A program made the translations under genes and the position numbers. The notes under the pieces are model-generated. The model saw only the letters and a program-made list of their open reading frames with translations. It searched no databases and was not told the DNA's origin. This document shows, one piece after another, positions 37,546 through 46,472 of a stretch of DNA of 46,515 nt; positions within the stretch are counted from its first letter, which is position 1, and each line of letters opens with the position of its first letter. Origin of the DNA: Verrucomicrobiota bacterium (GTDB taxonomy: Bacteria > Verrucomicrobiota > Verrucomicrobiia > Limisphaerales > CANJXF01); assembly GCA_038214755.1 (NCBI GenBank), contig JBBQRQ010000033.1, forward strand, positions 1 to 46,515. Reading direction: 5' to 3'.

Positions 37546-37669
37546 GTAGGGCGGGCTTTCCAGCCTGCCGGTTACGAAACTTTCCAGTTTCGTAAATTAT
37601 TTGACTTATTTGCGGATTCAGTGGGGACTGAAAGTCCCCGCCACCGGCAGGCTGGAAAGCCTGCCCTAC
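37546..37669. repeat. GTAGGGC-type REP doublet; inverted relative of 34336-34465
   Basis: GTAGGGCGGGCTTTCCAGCCTGCCGG...CCGGCAGGCTGGAAAGCCTGCCCTAC; supplies the TAG stop of the S8 peptidase. Confidence 0.9.
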
Positions 37670-40341
37670 GGCGTGGGCACACCGCGCACTTTGAAAAACC
37701 GCGGAGCCGAATTGGTAAATGGGGTGAACCATTCTGTCTCTGGAAATTTCCCCGCGAGATTTGTCACCACACTCAAATTGGTCACGCTGGTTCCAGAGCG
37801 AATTTCGTAGATAAAATTTTCACTGCCGGGCCAACTCAAACGCATCAGCTTTTCATCCAGCCGCGATAAATCGAGTCGGAACGCCACGTCTGCGGCCGTC
37901 GGATTCGTCCGCATGATTTGCTCGCGGGCGTTCGAATAACCATCTCCGTCCGGATCATCTTTTGGCCCGAATGCGAGCGAGCCGAACTTCGCCACTTCCC
38001 AAGCATCATCTAACCCGTCGGCGTCACTGTCGTTGATCGGCGCGCCTTCAATGTTGAGACTCACGCTCTGGACGTTCCCGATGTTCTCCTCAAATTCGTC
38101 GCCAAAAAACACCGTCCACGTTCCCGCGCTGCTTTCAAAAAAATGATGCGTGGAAAAATAAGTCCAATCCACCGGGCCTGAGTTGGTATCGCCGTTGAAA
38201 CGTTGCAACACGCTTCGAGTGCCTTGAGGAGAAAGAAGCGTCATTCGCAAATCGCCACGCAAGGGATGATCCGTCATCACGCGAACTCCGACGTGTTCGC
38301 AAATCAAAGTGTTCGTGACGACGAAAGCATAATTGGTGGTTTGCAATTTCAGTTGCGCCAAAACATTGGAGCCTTGCTGAAGCAGATTGGTCAAAGTCGA
38401 GCCGTCCGTGAAACCGATGAACACGGCGGGAATCGGCACGTAATCGGTCCCGCCCATATTGCAAAGTTGATCGCCGCCGGGACAAGTACCGGGCGCGGCG
38501 GTTTCGGAATTGAAAACCACAGCGAACTTTGCGCCGGCATTCGCAGTCCGATTTATTTTATCCACAAAACTCGTCGCCACGCCGTTGGCATTGGTGCCGC
38601 CGCGTTGGATGAGCGCCGCTTTGTTCGTCAGATTTTGCGTGATGACATTGGTCGCCTGGCCAACGTAAACCAGCGGGAGGATTGGCGTGGGCAAATCCGG
38701 CTGAATGCCTGTGCTCGGCAAAGTGCGGAGGGAATTTGCCGCATCGCGAGAAATCAACACGCGCAGTCCGTCATCGGGAATGGCCGACGAATTTGTCGAT
38801 ATGAAAACAATGTTTGTGGCCGGCGGACGATTGCTCCATTGCCGCGCCAATTGCACTGCCACACCGGCGTCAGGAATTCCAAATCCGGCGTTGTGACTGA
38901 CGCGAAACCCTGCGCCGTTCGTGGTCAGATCTGGGTCGGCGAAATCAAATTGTCGCGCGGAAAAAATTAAAATTTGTTGAACATCTCGATAGGTTAAATT
39001 CGTGTTGGCGGAAAGAATGAGCGCCGCGATGCCGGCGATTTGCGGCGCGGCGGCCGAGGTTCCGCTGAAACCCAAACTGCTGTAAACGTAGTCTGACAAT
39101 TCTTCGTTGGGCGGAAAATAACTGATGGCATTCGCTCCGCGTGTTCCGATCAAATCGGTCGTGAATATATTTGTGTCGAGATCCCCGCTGGGCGCGCCAA
39201 CCAAAATGCACGCGCCCGGCTCGCTGTAGCTGGTGACGCGCCCGTCATATCTCACCGCGGCCACGGCGATGACGCGCGGGTCCGAGGGATAACCATCGTC
39301 GTTGCAATTCGCGCCGAGCAGTCGGTCGTTGCCGGCCGAGCGCACGATCACCACGCCGCGACCAAACCGTCCGTAAGTCAGCGCGTTGGAAATTCCGATT
39401 TGTTCGAGTAAACTCGCGCCGTCCAAAATAATTCCCGAATTGCCCCAACTATGATTTTGCACCGCGACGGTGTTAGAGGCGAATTGATACATGTCCATCA
39501 GTTGCTCGTCACTCGCGAGGGACTGATTGTTCGTGGTAAAAATAACCCAGCTCGCCAGATTCGCTTTCGGCGCGACGCCCGCCATTCCGTGGCCGTTGTT
39601 CAGTTCGGCAACGGCGAGACCCGCGACTTCTGTTCCGTGCGCCCAACTCGCGTTCCCGCCAAATGGTGTGGCATTGGTCGATTGCCCAGTGAAATTAAAA
39701 TGCGGAGCGCCCATCGCGCGCTGAACGAATTCAACGTGATTCAACTCAACGCCAATGTCCGCCACCGCAATGGTCACACCTTCACCCTGACTGAATGGCC
39801 ACGCCGCCCGGACATTGAGGTCCACTCCCGTCGGATTTCCAGTCGCGCCGCTGCGATTTTCCAAATTCCATTGCGCGGAAAAATACTGATCGTTAGGGCG
39901 CGCCGCGTAAGCTCCATGCAGACTCCCGTTGCGCCGCATCACTGGATAGCACGCAGAAACTTCCGGTGAATTTGCCAACGCTTCAGCTTCCCGACTCGCG
40001 GTCAAGGCGTCGGGCGCTTGCAAAATAAAAACATCGGGCGCAACCGTTCTCGCCCATTTCGAAGTGTAGCCGGCGATTATTTTTTTTAGATCAGCGTCTC
40101 TTTTTATTTGGAGGACGATCCGATTTCCCAACTCAATGGTGTTCGTGCTGTGATCCACGGAGACTCTGAGCCACTCCGGGTTGGCAGAGTCCACGAGTGA
40201 ATTTTCCGCGGCTCGACAAAGCAAGGGACGCGGTGTGCGGAAGTGGAAAAAGTTTTTATTGGTTTCGGCGCGCGCGGTCAAAGAGTTGAGCGATCCGACA
40301 AACAGAATTCCGGCGAACAGGAAAGAAAGTATTTTTTGCAA
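37666..40341 (-). CDS. S8 (kexin-like) serine peptidase with PA domain, P-domain and Asp-rich C-terminal repeats
   Basis: AVADIG (Asp), HGTEVAG (His), SAGND, FSGTSAAAP (Ser); HPLRGDLRMTLLSPQGT P-domain; DSDADGLDD and DPDGDGYSN; TTG start. Confidence 0.92.
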   Translation of the reverse strand: MQKILSFLFAGILFVGSLNSLTARAETNKNFFHFRTPRPLLCRAAENSLVDSANPEWLRVSVDHSTNTIELGNRIVLQIKRDADLKKIIAGYTSKWARTVAPDVFILQAPDALTASREAEALANSPEVSACYPVMRRNGSLHGAYAARPNDQYFSAQWNLENRSGATGNPTGVDLNVRAAWPFSQGEGVTIAVADIGVELNHVEFVQRAMGAPHFNFTGQSTNATPFGGNASWAHGTEVAGLAVAELNNGHGMAGVAPKANLASWVIFTTNNQSLASDEQLMDMYQFASNTVAVQNHSWGNSGIILDGASLLEQIGISNALTYGRFGRGVVIVRSAGNDRLLGANCNDDGYPSDPRVIAVAAVRYDGRVTSYSEPGACILVGAPSGDLDTNIFTTDLIGTRGANAISYFPPNEELSDYVYSSLGFSGTSAAAPQIAGIAALILSANTNLTYRDVQQILIFSARQFDFADPDLTTNGAGFRVSHNAGFGIPDAGVAVQLARQWSNRPPATNIVFISTNSSAIPDDGLRVLISRDAANSLRTLPSTGIQPDLPTPILPLVYVGQATNVITQNLTNKAALIQRGGTNANGVATSFVDKINRTANAGAKFAVVFNSETAAPGTCPGGDQLCNMGGTDYVPIPAVFIGFTDGSTLTNLLQQGSNVLAQLKLQTTNYAFVVTNTLICEHVGVRVMTDHPLRGDLRMTLLSPQGTRSVLQRFNGDTNSGPVDWTYFSTHHFFESSAGTWTVFFGDEFEENIGNVQSVSLNIEGAPINDSDADGLDDAWEVAKFGSLAFGPKDDPDGDGYSNAREQIMRTNPTAADVAFRLDLSRLDEKLMRLSWPGSENFIYEIRSGTSVTNLSVVTNLAGKFPETEWFTPFTNSAPRFFKVRGVPTP

Positions 40342-40403
40342 GCCGTGAAATTAACAGCTCGAGGCTAGAGTGAACAAATACATTTCGTTATCCATTGAAA
40401 GAA

Positions 40404-40586
40404 GGGCGCATCTCAGTTTCTTGCAACTCGAATCCCCCTCTCATTAGCACCCGGCTTGAGCCGGGTGGGCAGGAACAGATTGCCACCCTCAACCGCTTCA
40501 GCGGTTTCCCGCGTGGGGCAAACCGCTGAAGCGGTTGAACTCGCCTCACGACCTCAACACCCGGCTGAAGCCGGGTGCTAATGAGA
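40404..40586. repeat. CACCCGGCTGAAGCCGGGTG-family element with a GGGCGCATCTCA left end
   Basis: TCTCATTAGCACCCGGCTTGAGCCGGGTG...CACCCGGCTGAAGCCGGGTGCTAATGAGA; matches the 33163 and 34513 copies. Confidence 0.88.
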
Positions 40587-40684
40587 TTCGGAACGAACAT
40601 GGCAAGAAACTCAGTCTCGCCTGCGGCTTTCTTCCCTTCCCGGCGCAGGCGAGACGCCCGGCGCTACTTTGTGGGCTGGAAGAA

Positions 40685-41368
40685 TTATTCGCGTGGATGC
40701 CGGGCCACGATTTCCTGCGCGGCCTTATTTTTTACGATCATATTTTCCGGCAGAATGCTGCGCCAGTTTGTATTGGGATAAAGAATGGAATTACGACCGA
40801 TGACGCTGCCGGGATTTAGAACCGAGTTGCAACCGACTTCCGCAAAATCTCCGAGCAACGCGCCAAATTTTCTCAAGCCTGTGTCAAACGGGACGCCGTC
40901 GATTTCCACGAACACATTTCCGGCAACAAGCTTCACATTGGAAATTTTCACGCCGGCGCCGAGGTGAGATTTGTAGCCGAGAATGGAATCGCCGACGTAA
41001 TTGAAATGCGGGACGTGGCAATCATTGAACAAAATCGAATGTTTGATTTCACTGGAATTTCCCACCACGCAATTGTCGCCGATGATGACGTGCTCGCGGA
41101 TGTAGGCGCTGTGACGAATCTGACAATTTTTTCCGACGATGGCGGGGCCTTTGATCATCGCGCCGTCTTCGACCATTGTTCCCTGACCGATGAAGACTTC
41201 ATGGCCGATGTAAACTTTGCCGTCGCAACGATTGAGCAACTCGGGGCGAAGATTCGCTGAAATGTAATCCTTCAATTTCTTCAATGCGTCCCAGGCGTTC
41301 TCGCAGCCGTCGAAAATTTTGGCGTGTTCGGTTCGCGTTAAATCGAATAAGTCGGACGGTTTAACCAT
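40685..41368 (-). CDS. left-handed beta-helix acyltransferase resembling the GlmU C-terminal domain
   Basis: hexapeptide repeats; HFNYVGDSILG; TGLRKFGALLGD; VGCNSVLNPG. Confidence 0.85.
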   Translation of the reverse strand: MVKPSDLFDLTRTEHAKIFDGCENAWDALKKLKDYISANLRPELLNRCDGKVYIGHEVFIGQGTMVEDGAMIKGPAIVGKNCQIRHSAYIREHVIIGDNCVVGNSSEIKHSILFNDCHVPHFNYVGDSILGYKSHLGAGVKISNVKLVAGNVFVEIDGVPFDTGLRKFGALLGDFAEVGCNSVLNPGSVIGRNSILYPNTNWRSILPENMIVKNKAAQEIVARHPRE

Positions 41369-41399
41369 GGCGATTGTTTTCGAGCAACGTCAGGCAGTT

Positions 41400-41639
41400 T
41401 TATGTCTTGGCCAATCTTTCGGCCAAGATCATTTTGATCAGACTTTGGTAGGGCACATCCTGTTTGTTCGCCATGACTTTGAGGTCGTTGAGCATTGATT
41501 CAGGAAGCCGCAGCGAAATCGTCTCGGTGGATGGTTTCAAATTTGGAAACACCGCGCGATACGCTTTGCTTAAATCCAAATGGTCGGTGCTGGTGCCAGG
41601 CTCAGATTTGACATATCTTTTTTCAACTTTGGCTTTCAT
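41400..41639 (-). CDS. BrnA/CopG-family antitoxin
   Basis: FPNLKPSTETISLRLP...DVPYQSLIKMIL ribbon-helix-helix C-terminus. Confidence 0.8.
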   Translation of the reverse strand: MKAKVEKRYVKSEPGTSTDHLDLSKAYRAVFPNLKPSTETISLRLPESMLNDLKVMANKQDVPYQSLIKMILAERLAKT

Positions 41640-41679
41640 AGAATTTTCTTTCTCGTCTGTTCATTGGTCGCGCTGAGGT
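41623..41679 (-). pseudogene. C-terminal remnant of a BrnT-family toxin
   Basis: reads TSARPMNRRERKFYESQS-stop, overlapping the antitoxin start; in-frame stop a few codons upstream. Confidence 0.7.
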
Positions 41680-41734
41680 TAAGAAAAAAAATCAGGCGAA
41701 AAAAATATCGCTGCTAAGTCAAACGTTGAAAAAA

Positions 41735-41971
41735 TCAAGCGCCCACCTTCTCGATCAAACCCACCAAAGGAAATCCAGACGCAGAGGGCGTTTCGGTGAA
41801 ACGGGTTAATTCCAGATTATATTTGTCCAAAATCTGCAAGACCCGTTCTTCGGCAAGTCCAGTGTGCCGGGCAATGCCGCCCACCGTTCGCCACGTGTAA
41901 AAAGGACCGTCAAAAGCCATGAATACTTTCCTTTCCTCTGGATCAGAAACGCGCTCTCTCCAATTTTTCAT
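41735..41971 (-). CDS. hypothetical protein, possible HTH
   Basis: 78 aa; WRTVGGIARHTGLAEERVLQIL. Confidence 0.6.
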   Translation of the reverse strand: MKNWRERVSDPEERKVFMAFDGPFYTWRTVGGIARHTGLAEERVLQILDKYNLELTRFTETPSASGFPLVGLIEKVGA

Positions 41972-41990
41972 AAAATTATTCTAAAATTTG

Positions 41991-42356
41991 TTACGGTTTT
42001 TTCAAGGAATCACTTCTGACGTTTTGACTGACGATATCTTCGATTTGATCCCGCAAGCTGGACGGTTCAATCGCCGCCGCAGAATGCTCCTCTTTCCCGT
42101 AAAGCAGATTTTTCGGACACGCAATGGTCAAGACAGTGACGATGATGACCACTGCGGCAAAAATGCCAATCATGCATAGAAAGCCGTTCCATTTTGTTTC
42201 TTCCTTAAAATTGGCGGCAGTGAGAACGACGCACAGAGTGGTTTCGATAATTAGAAGGGATAAAACATAAAACCCCAGCGGTGCCTGAATTTGACGCAAA
42301 GCAGAGTTGCGTTGTGATTTGTTGCGACTGGGCGGCACGCAGTCATTTGTGTGCAA
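41991..42356 (-). CDS. small two-TM membrane protein
   Basis: two hydrophobic segments (PLGFYVLSLLIIETTL.., GFLCMIGIFAAVVIIVTVL); start uncertain. Confidence 0.6.
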   Translation of the reverse strand: MHTNDCVPPSRNKSQRNSALRQIQAPLGFYVLSLLIIETTLCVVLTAANFKEETKWNGFLCMIGIFAAVVIIVTVLTIACPKNLLYGKEEHSAAAIEPSSLRDQIEDIVSQNVRSDSLKKP

Positions 42357-42448
42357 GCCAGCAAGACTTTCAACTCAATTTCAAAAGGAAGCATCGCTGG
42401 CTCAACTCTTCGCTCGACAAATCACGGTTTGCCGTTTGAAATTTCTTC

Positions 42449-43021
42449 ATGGCTTTGACACCTTCCACCATGTTGCCGCTCGGCACGGTCGCGCCGGATT
42501 TTCAGTTGCCCGACACAACGGGAAAAATTGTTTCACTCGCCGATTTCCAAGGCGCACCCGCCTTGCTTGTCCTGTTCATTTGCAACCATTGTCCCTTCGT
42601 CAAACATGTCCGCGCAGAGCTGGCCAATCTCGGGCGGGAATATCCGGCGAAAGGGGTGGGCATCGTCGCCATCAATTCCAACGATGCAAAAAATTATCCC
42701 GACGACAGCCCGGAGAAAATGAAACAGGAAATTAAATCAGCCGGTTACACTTTCCCGTATCTTTTTGACGAGACGCAATCTGTCGCCAAAGCCTATCGCG
42801 CCGCTTGCACGCCGGACATTTTCCTTTTCGATAAGAATTTGAAACTGGTTTATCGCGGCCAACTCGATGACAGCCGTCCGGGAAATGATCTTCCTGTCAC
42901 CGGCTATGATCTTCGGTCCGCGTTGGACGCACTGCTGGCCGGAACACTCGTTTCGGAAAATCAAATCCCCAGCATCGGTTGCAACATCAAGTGGAAACCG
43001 GGCCACGAATCCGCCAGCTAG
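42449..43021 (+). CDS. thioredoxin family protein (AhpC/TSA, PRX-like)
   Basis: APDFQLPD, FICNHCPFV, AACTPD, YRGQLDD, SIGCNIKW. Confidence 0.93.
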   Translation: MALTPSTMLPLGTVAPDFQLPDTTGKIVSLADFQGAPALLVLFICNHCPFVKHVRAELANLGREYPAKGVGIVAINSNDAKNYPDDSPEKMKQEIKSAGYTFPYLFDETQSVAKAYRAACTPDIFLFDKNLKLVYRGQLDDSRPGNDLPVTGYDLRSALDALLAGTLVSENQIPSIGCNIKWKPGHESAS

Positions 43022-43023
43022 TC

Positions 43024-43103
43024 GGGTAGCATCTGCCTCTGGCGGGTGCGAATAACAAAATTCCAGATAGCGATGCCGCACCCGCCAGAGGCAGATGCTA
43101 CCC
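43024..43103. repeat. GTAG-type REP doublet with the same arms as 13651-13755
   Basis: GGGTAGCATCTGCCTCTGGCGGGTGCG / CGCACCCGCCAGAGGCAGATGCTACCC. Confidence 0.92.
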
Positions 43104-43157
43104 CTCGCATTACGAGTTCCTGACACCCTTTTTAAACAAACCCTGATCCCGCATTCG

Positions 43158-43435
43158 AGAGCGTGTTGCCTAGATCGATTGCCAAAATACATTTCCGGAT
43201 AGGAACGCCGATTTCCCAATCGGCACGCCCTGAACGTTGGAGAGTCACGAGCCGAACCGGAGTTCGGCGTTCCGTTCGCAGGATGTCTTTCCGGAAATTT
43301 ATTTTGGCAATCAGTCGAAACCAAGTGGAGCGCGGACAGCCTTTGTCCGCGCGTTTCCAAACCATCAAAAAACACAACATTTTCCCTTGCCGGATTCACG
43401 CGGACAAGGCTGTCCGCGCTCCTTTTCCTTTGGGG
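43158..43435. mobile_element. nested MITE/REP composite
   Basis: GCGTGTTGCC end interrupted by the inverted pair GATTGCCAAAATACATTTCCGGA (43177) / TCCGGAAATTTATTTTGGCAATC (43312), enclosing a GGAACGCCGA doublet; followed by a GGAGCGCGGAC doublet at 43327-43422. Confidence 0.75.
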
Positions 43436-43564
43436 GTGAACCCGCCCTCGACATGTCCTCCTTAAGATGGCTGCTGAATTGCTAGTGAGTTTGCGAACCT
43501 GAGTTTCATCGAAACCAAGTGTCTTTGGAACAGATTGTTTGTCCGAATTTTGGAAAAAACTGAA

Positions 43565-44413
43565 ATGGTTAGCACACTAAATCCAAGCGAAGAGGCGCAA
43601 TTGACGCAAACGATTGAGATGTTTGAAACCATCACTCAATCGCAGACCCAAGACTACCAATCGCTGGAAATCCTTAAGGAGGCGTATCTCAAGTTGGGCA
43701 AACCGAAGGAGGCGGTCAAAACCTCCAAACGCATTGCCCACGCCTACGTTCAACTGGGCCAGCTTTCCTCAGCCATTCTGGAATATGAAACCATTTTGCA
43801 GCGGGACGCCGGTGACAAAGAAGCGCTGGCCGCCATGGCCGAAATCGAAAGCAAGGCCAACAGTCTGACCACCCCATCCGGCCTTTGGGAGCCGCCGGAT
43901 GGAAAGACGCTGGACCAGTCGGCGAAAAAAGTTGCGCACAAAACTGCGGCCAGGACGGACGTGATCGATGACGGCCGGCAGATGATGCACAAAATTTTTG
44001 TGGAGAGTAAGGTGATTTCGGCAGGCGATTTTGAGATGTGTTGGACCACGCCCAGCCTGACGGAACTCCCTGAAAAAATTTACGATCCATTCATCCAATT
44101 GCTCGCGGAAAAAGGGATCACCCAAATCGAGAAGTCATTGAAAATGGTTTTGGACAAATCGCGCCTTGGCTATTTGCTGATGGAAAAATACGACGTGGAT
44201 ATGGAACTGGCGCGCAGTTTTCCCCGCGACATTTGCCAGCGCTGGTGCCTGCTTCCATTTGATCGAATGAGCAAGTCGGTCATGATCGCCACCGCCAATC
44301 CCTTTAACAAACAAGCGGCGCTGGAAGTTCAAAGCGCCACCGGCCATCGCATTCTTTGGTACATCGCGCCGCCTCTGGACATCATCAAAGTGCTGCGCCG
44401 GGTTTTTCGCTAA
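43565..44413 (+). CDS. TPR-like plus GspE/PilB N-terminal (T2SSE_N)-like domain protein
   Basis: helical N-terminus (AYVQLGQLSSAILEY); C-terminal LLPFDR..VMIATANPFN parallels VLPV..IFLAMVDPLN in the adjacent ATPase. Confidence 0.7.
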   Translation: MVSTLNPSEEAQLTQTIEMFETITQSQTQDYQSLEILKEAYLKLGKPKEAVKTSKRIAHAYVQLGQLSSAILEYETILQRDAGDKEALAAMAEIESKANSLTTPSGLWEPPDGKTLDQSAKKVAHKTAARTDVIDDGRQMMHKIFVESKVISAGDFEMCWTTPSLTELPEKIYDPFIQLLAEKGITQIEKSLKMVLDKSRLGYLLMEKYDVDMELARSFPRDICQRWCLLPFDRMSKSVMIATANPFNKQAALEVQSATGHRILWYIAPPLDIIKVLRRVFR

Positions 44414-44419
44414 TTGTTT

Positions 44420-46156
44420 ATGCCTCCCGTAAAATCATTCGGAGAACGAATTGCCGACGCGCTGGTCGAGGACGGGTTGCTCACGCTCAAGCAGGTCGAA
44501 GAGATGGTCGATCTGCAAAAAAAAGAAGGAACGCGTCTCCACAAATTGTTGCTCGAAAAATCCCTCGTCACCGAGCAGGACATGGTCGTTTCCATGGGCC
44601 GGGTTTTGAACACCCCGCCGGTCAATCTCGCTCGAACCTCCATTCCGCAGGAAGTGTCTGAACTATTGCCCCGAGACATCAGCATCAATCACAAAGTTTT
44701 GCCCGTCTCTCGTCTGGGGAATAAAATATTTCTCGCGATGGTCGATCCGCTAAACGTGTTGGCCATCGACGACGTCAAGCGCATCACCAAGTTGGAAGTG
44801 TTGCCGATGATCGTTTCGGAACGAGCGATTCTCGACAAGATCAACAACCTGGACTCCAAAGCCAACAGCATGGAGGACATTATCCAGGACGCGCAAAAAC
44901 AGGCCGACGCGGAGGCCGACGCCGAAAATCTCGAAGTCGCAAAAGAGGTGGTGGAAACGACCGACATCGGCCAACTCACCGCGTCCACCGAGGAAGCGCC
45001 CGTCATCAAGCTGGCCAATCTAATTATTGTCCAGGCGATCAAGGACCGCGCCAGCGATATTCACGTCGAGCCATTTGAAAGGATGGTGCGACTGCGCTAT
45101 CGAGTCGATGGCGCCTTAATCGACATGCCGCCGCCGCCCAAGAATTTGCAGGTCGCGCTGGCCTCACGTCTGAAAATCATGAGCTCCCTCGACATCGCCG
45201 AGCGCCGTTTGCCGCAGGATGGGCGCATGAGGGTAAAAGTCGGCGGACGCGATATTGATTTGCGCGTCTCATTTTTGCCGACGGTCCACGGCGAAAAATG
45301 TGTGCTGCGCGTTTTGGATAAATCCAATCTTTCCGCCAGCATGGAAAAGTTGGGAATGGACGCAGAAACTTTCCGACGTTTCAAAGCGGCGGTGGATGCC
45401 CCGCATGGTTTGCTTCTGGTCACGGGTCCAACTGGTTCAGGAAAAACGACCACGCTTTATTCCGCGCTCAATGAGTTGAACAATCCCGAATACAATATTG
45501 TCACCGTCGAAGACCCGGTGGAATTTCAAGTTCCAGGAATCAACCAGGTTCCAGTCAGAAAGGAGATCGGGTTGACCTTCGCCAATTCACTTCGCTCCAT
45601 TTTGCGGCAGGACCCGGACATTATTATGATCGGCGAAATTCGCGATACCGAGACGGCGGAAATTGCGGTCGAGTCCGCGCTGACCGGACATCAGGTGTTG
45701 AGCACGATGCATTGCAACGACGCCGCCGGCGCGATCTCGCGTTTGGATGACATGGAGATTGCGCCATTTTTGATTTCTTCGTCAGTAATTCTGGCGTGTG
45801 CGCAACGCCTGATGCGGCGCATCTGCATGTCCTGCAAAGAAGAGGTCACGTATCCCGCGAAAATGTTTCAGGACCTGGGCATCGATCCGAAACTATTTCA
45901 CGGCGTCACGCTTTATCGCGGGCGCGGTTGTGATCGTTGCAAAAATTCCGGCTATACCGGTCGCGCGGCCATCATCGAAGCCATGACGATCACCGATGAG
46001 ATTCGCAAACTCATCATCAAACGCACGACGGCGCAGGAAATCGGCAAGCTCGCGGTGGAACAAGGAATGAAAACTCTGCGCATGGTCGCGTTGGATAAGG
46101 CGCGCGAAGGCATGTCAACGCTCGAACAAGTCCTGGTTCTTACGTCGTCGCACTGA
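44420..46156 (+). CDS. pilB: type IV pilus assembly / T2SS ATPase (PilB/GspE)
   Basis: ASDIHVEP, RLPQDG, GPTGSGKTTT, TVEDPVE, LRQDPDIIMIGEIRD, CxxC...CxxC. Confidence 0.9.
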   Translation: MPPVKSFGERIADALVEDGLLTLKQVEEMVDLQKKEGTRLHKLLLEKSLVTEQDMVVSMGRVLNTPPVNLARTSIPQEVSELLPRDISINHKVLPVSRLGNKIFLAMVDPLNVLAIDDVKRITKLEVLPMIVSERAILDKINNLDSKANSMEDIIQDAQKQADAEADAENLEVAKEVVETTDIGQLTASTEEAPVIKLANLIIVQAIKDRASDIHVEPFERMVRLRYRVDGALIDMPPPPKNLQVALASRLKIMSSLDIAERRLPQDGRMRVKVGGRDIDLRVSFLPTVHGEKCVLRVLDKSNLSASMEKLGMDAETFRRFKAAVDAPHGLLLVTGPTGSGKTTTLYSALNELNNPEYNIVTVEDPVEFQVPGINQVPVRKEIGLTFANSLRSILRQDPDIIMIGEIRDTETAEIAVESALTGHQVLSTMHCNDAAGAISRLDDMEIAPFLISSSVILACAQRLMRRICMSCKEEVTYPAKMFQDLGIDPKLFHGVTLYRGRGCDRCKNSGYTGRAAIIEAMTITDEIRKLIIKRTTAQEIGKLAVEQGMKTLRMVALDKAREGMSTLEQVLVLTSSH

Positions 46157-46280
46157 GGGTTTTTGGAACACGGAGTCATCCGCCATTGTTCACGACCTCA
46201 GCCGAGCGCGGAAAGAGTTTCCTATATTTCATTCGCGTTGCCGGCTTTAACCGGAACGATTCAGTTGGACAGATTGCTCG

Positions 46281-46313
46281 CCCTCACCCTAACCCTCTCC
46301 CCCGAGGAGAGGG
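46281..46313. repeat. CCCTCACCCTAACCCTCTCC-type palindromic repeat (single arm)
   Basis: CCCTCTCC-CCCGA-GGAGAGGG hairpin preceded by CCCTCACCC. Confidence 0.65.
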
Positions 46314-46440
46314 AACCTGCCCTCAGCACGCGCCACCAGCCACGAAACGGTGAACACTGTCCAGCGCTGCATAAAATTCTCCCTCTTGTATGTTTGTTTT
46401 CATCTTTCTTGTTTGGCTTTCCGCCGAACGGGAAGATGGG

Positions 46441-46472
46441 GCCGCCGTCCCCCCGGCCGGGGGGACGGCGGC
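46441..46472. repeat. perfect GC-rich palindrome
   Basis: GCCGCCGTCCCCCCGG-CCGGGGGGACGGCGGC. Confidence 0.7.

Noticed and set aside
42737..43485. ORFs across the repeat cluster (also 12245-12591, 33076-33502, 34239-34572, 37298-37869, 40388-40819)
   Set aside because: Translations of palindromic repeats or antisense shadows with no protein motifs
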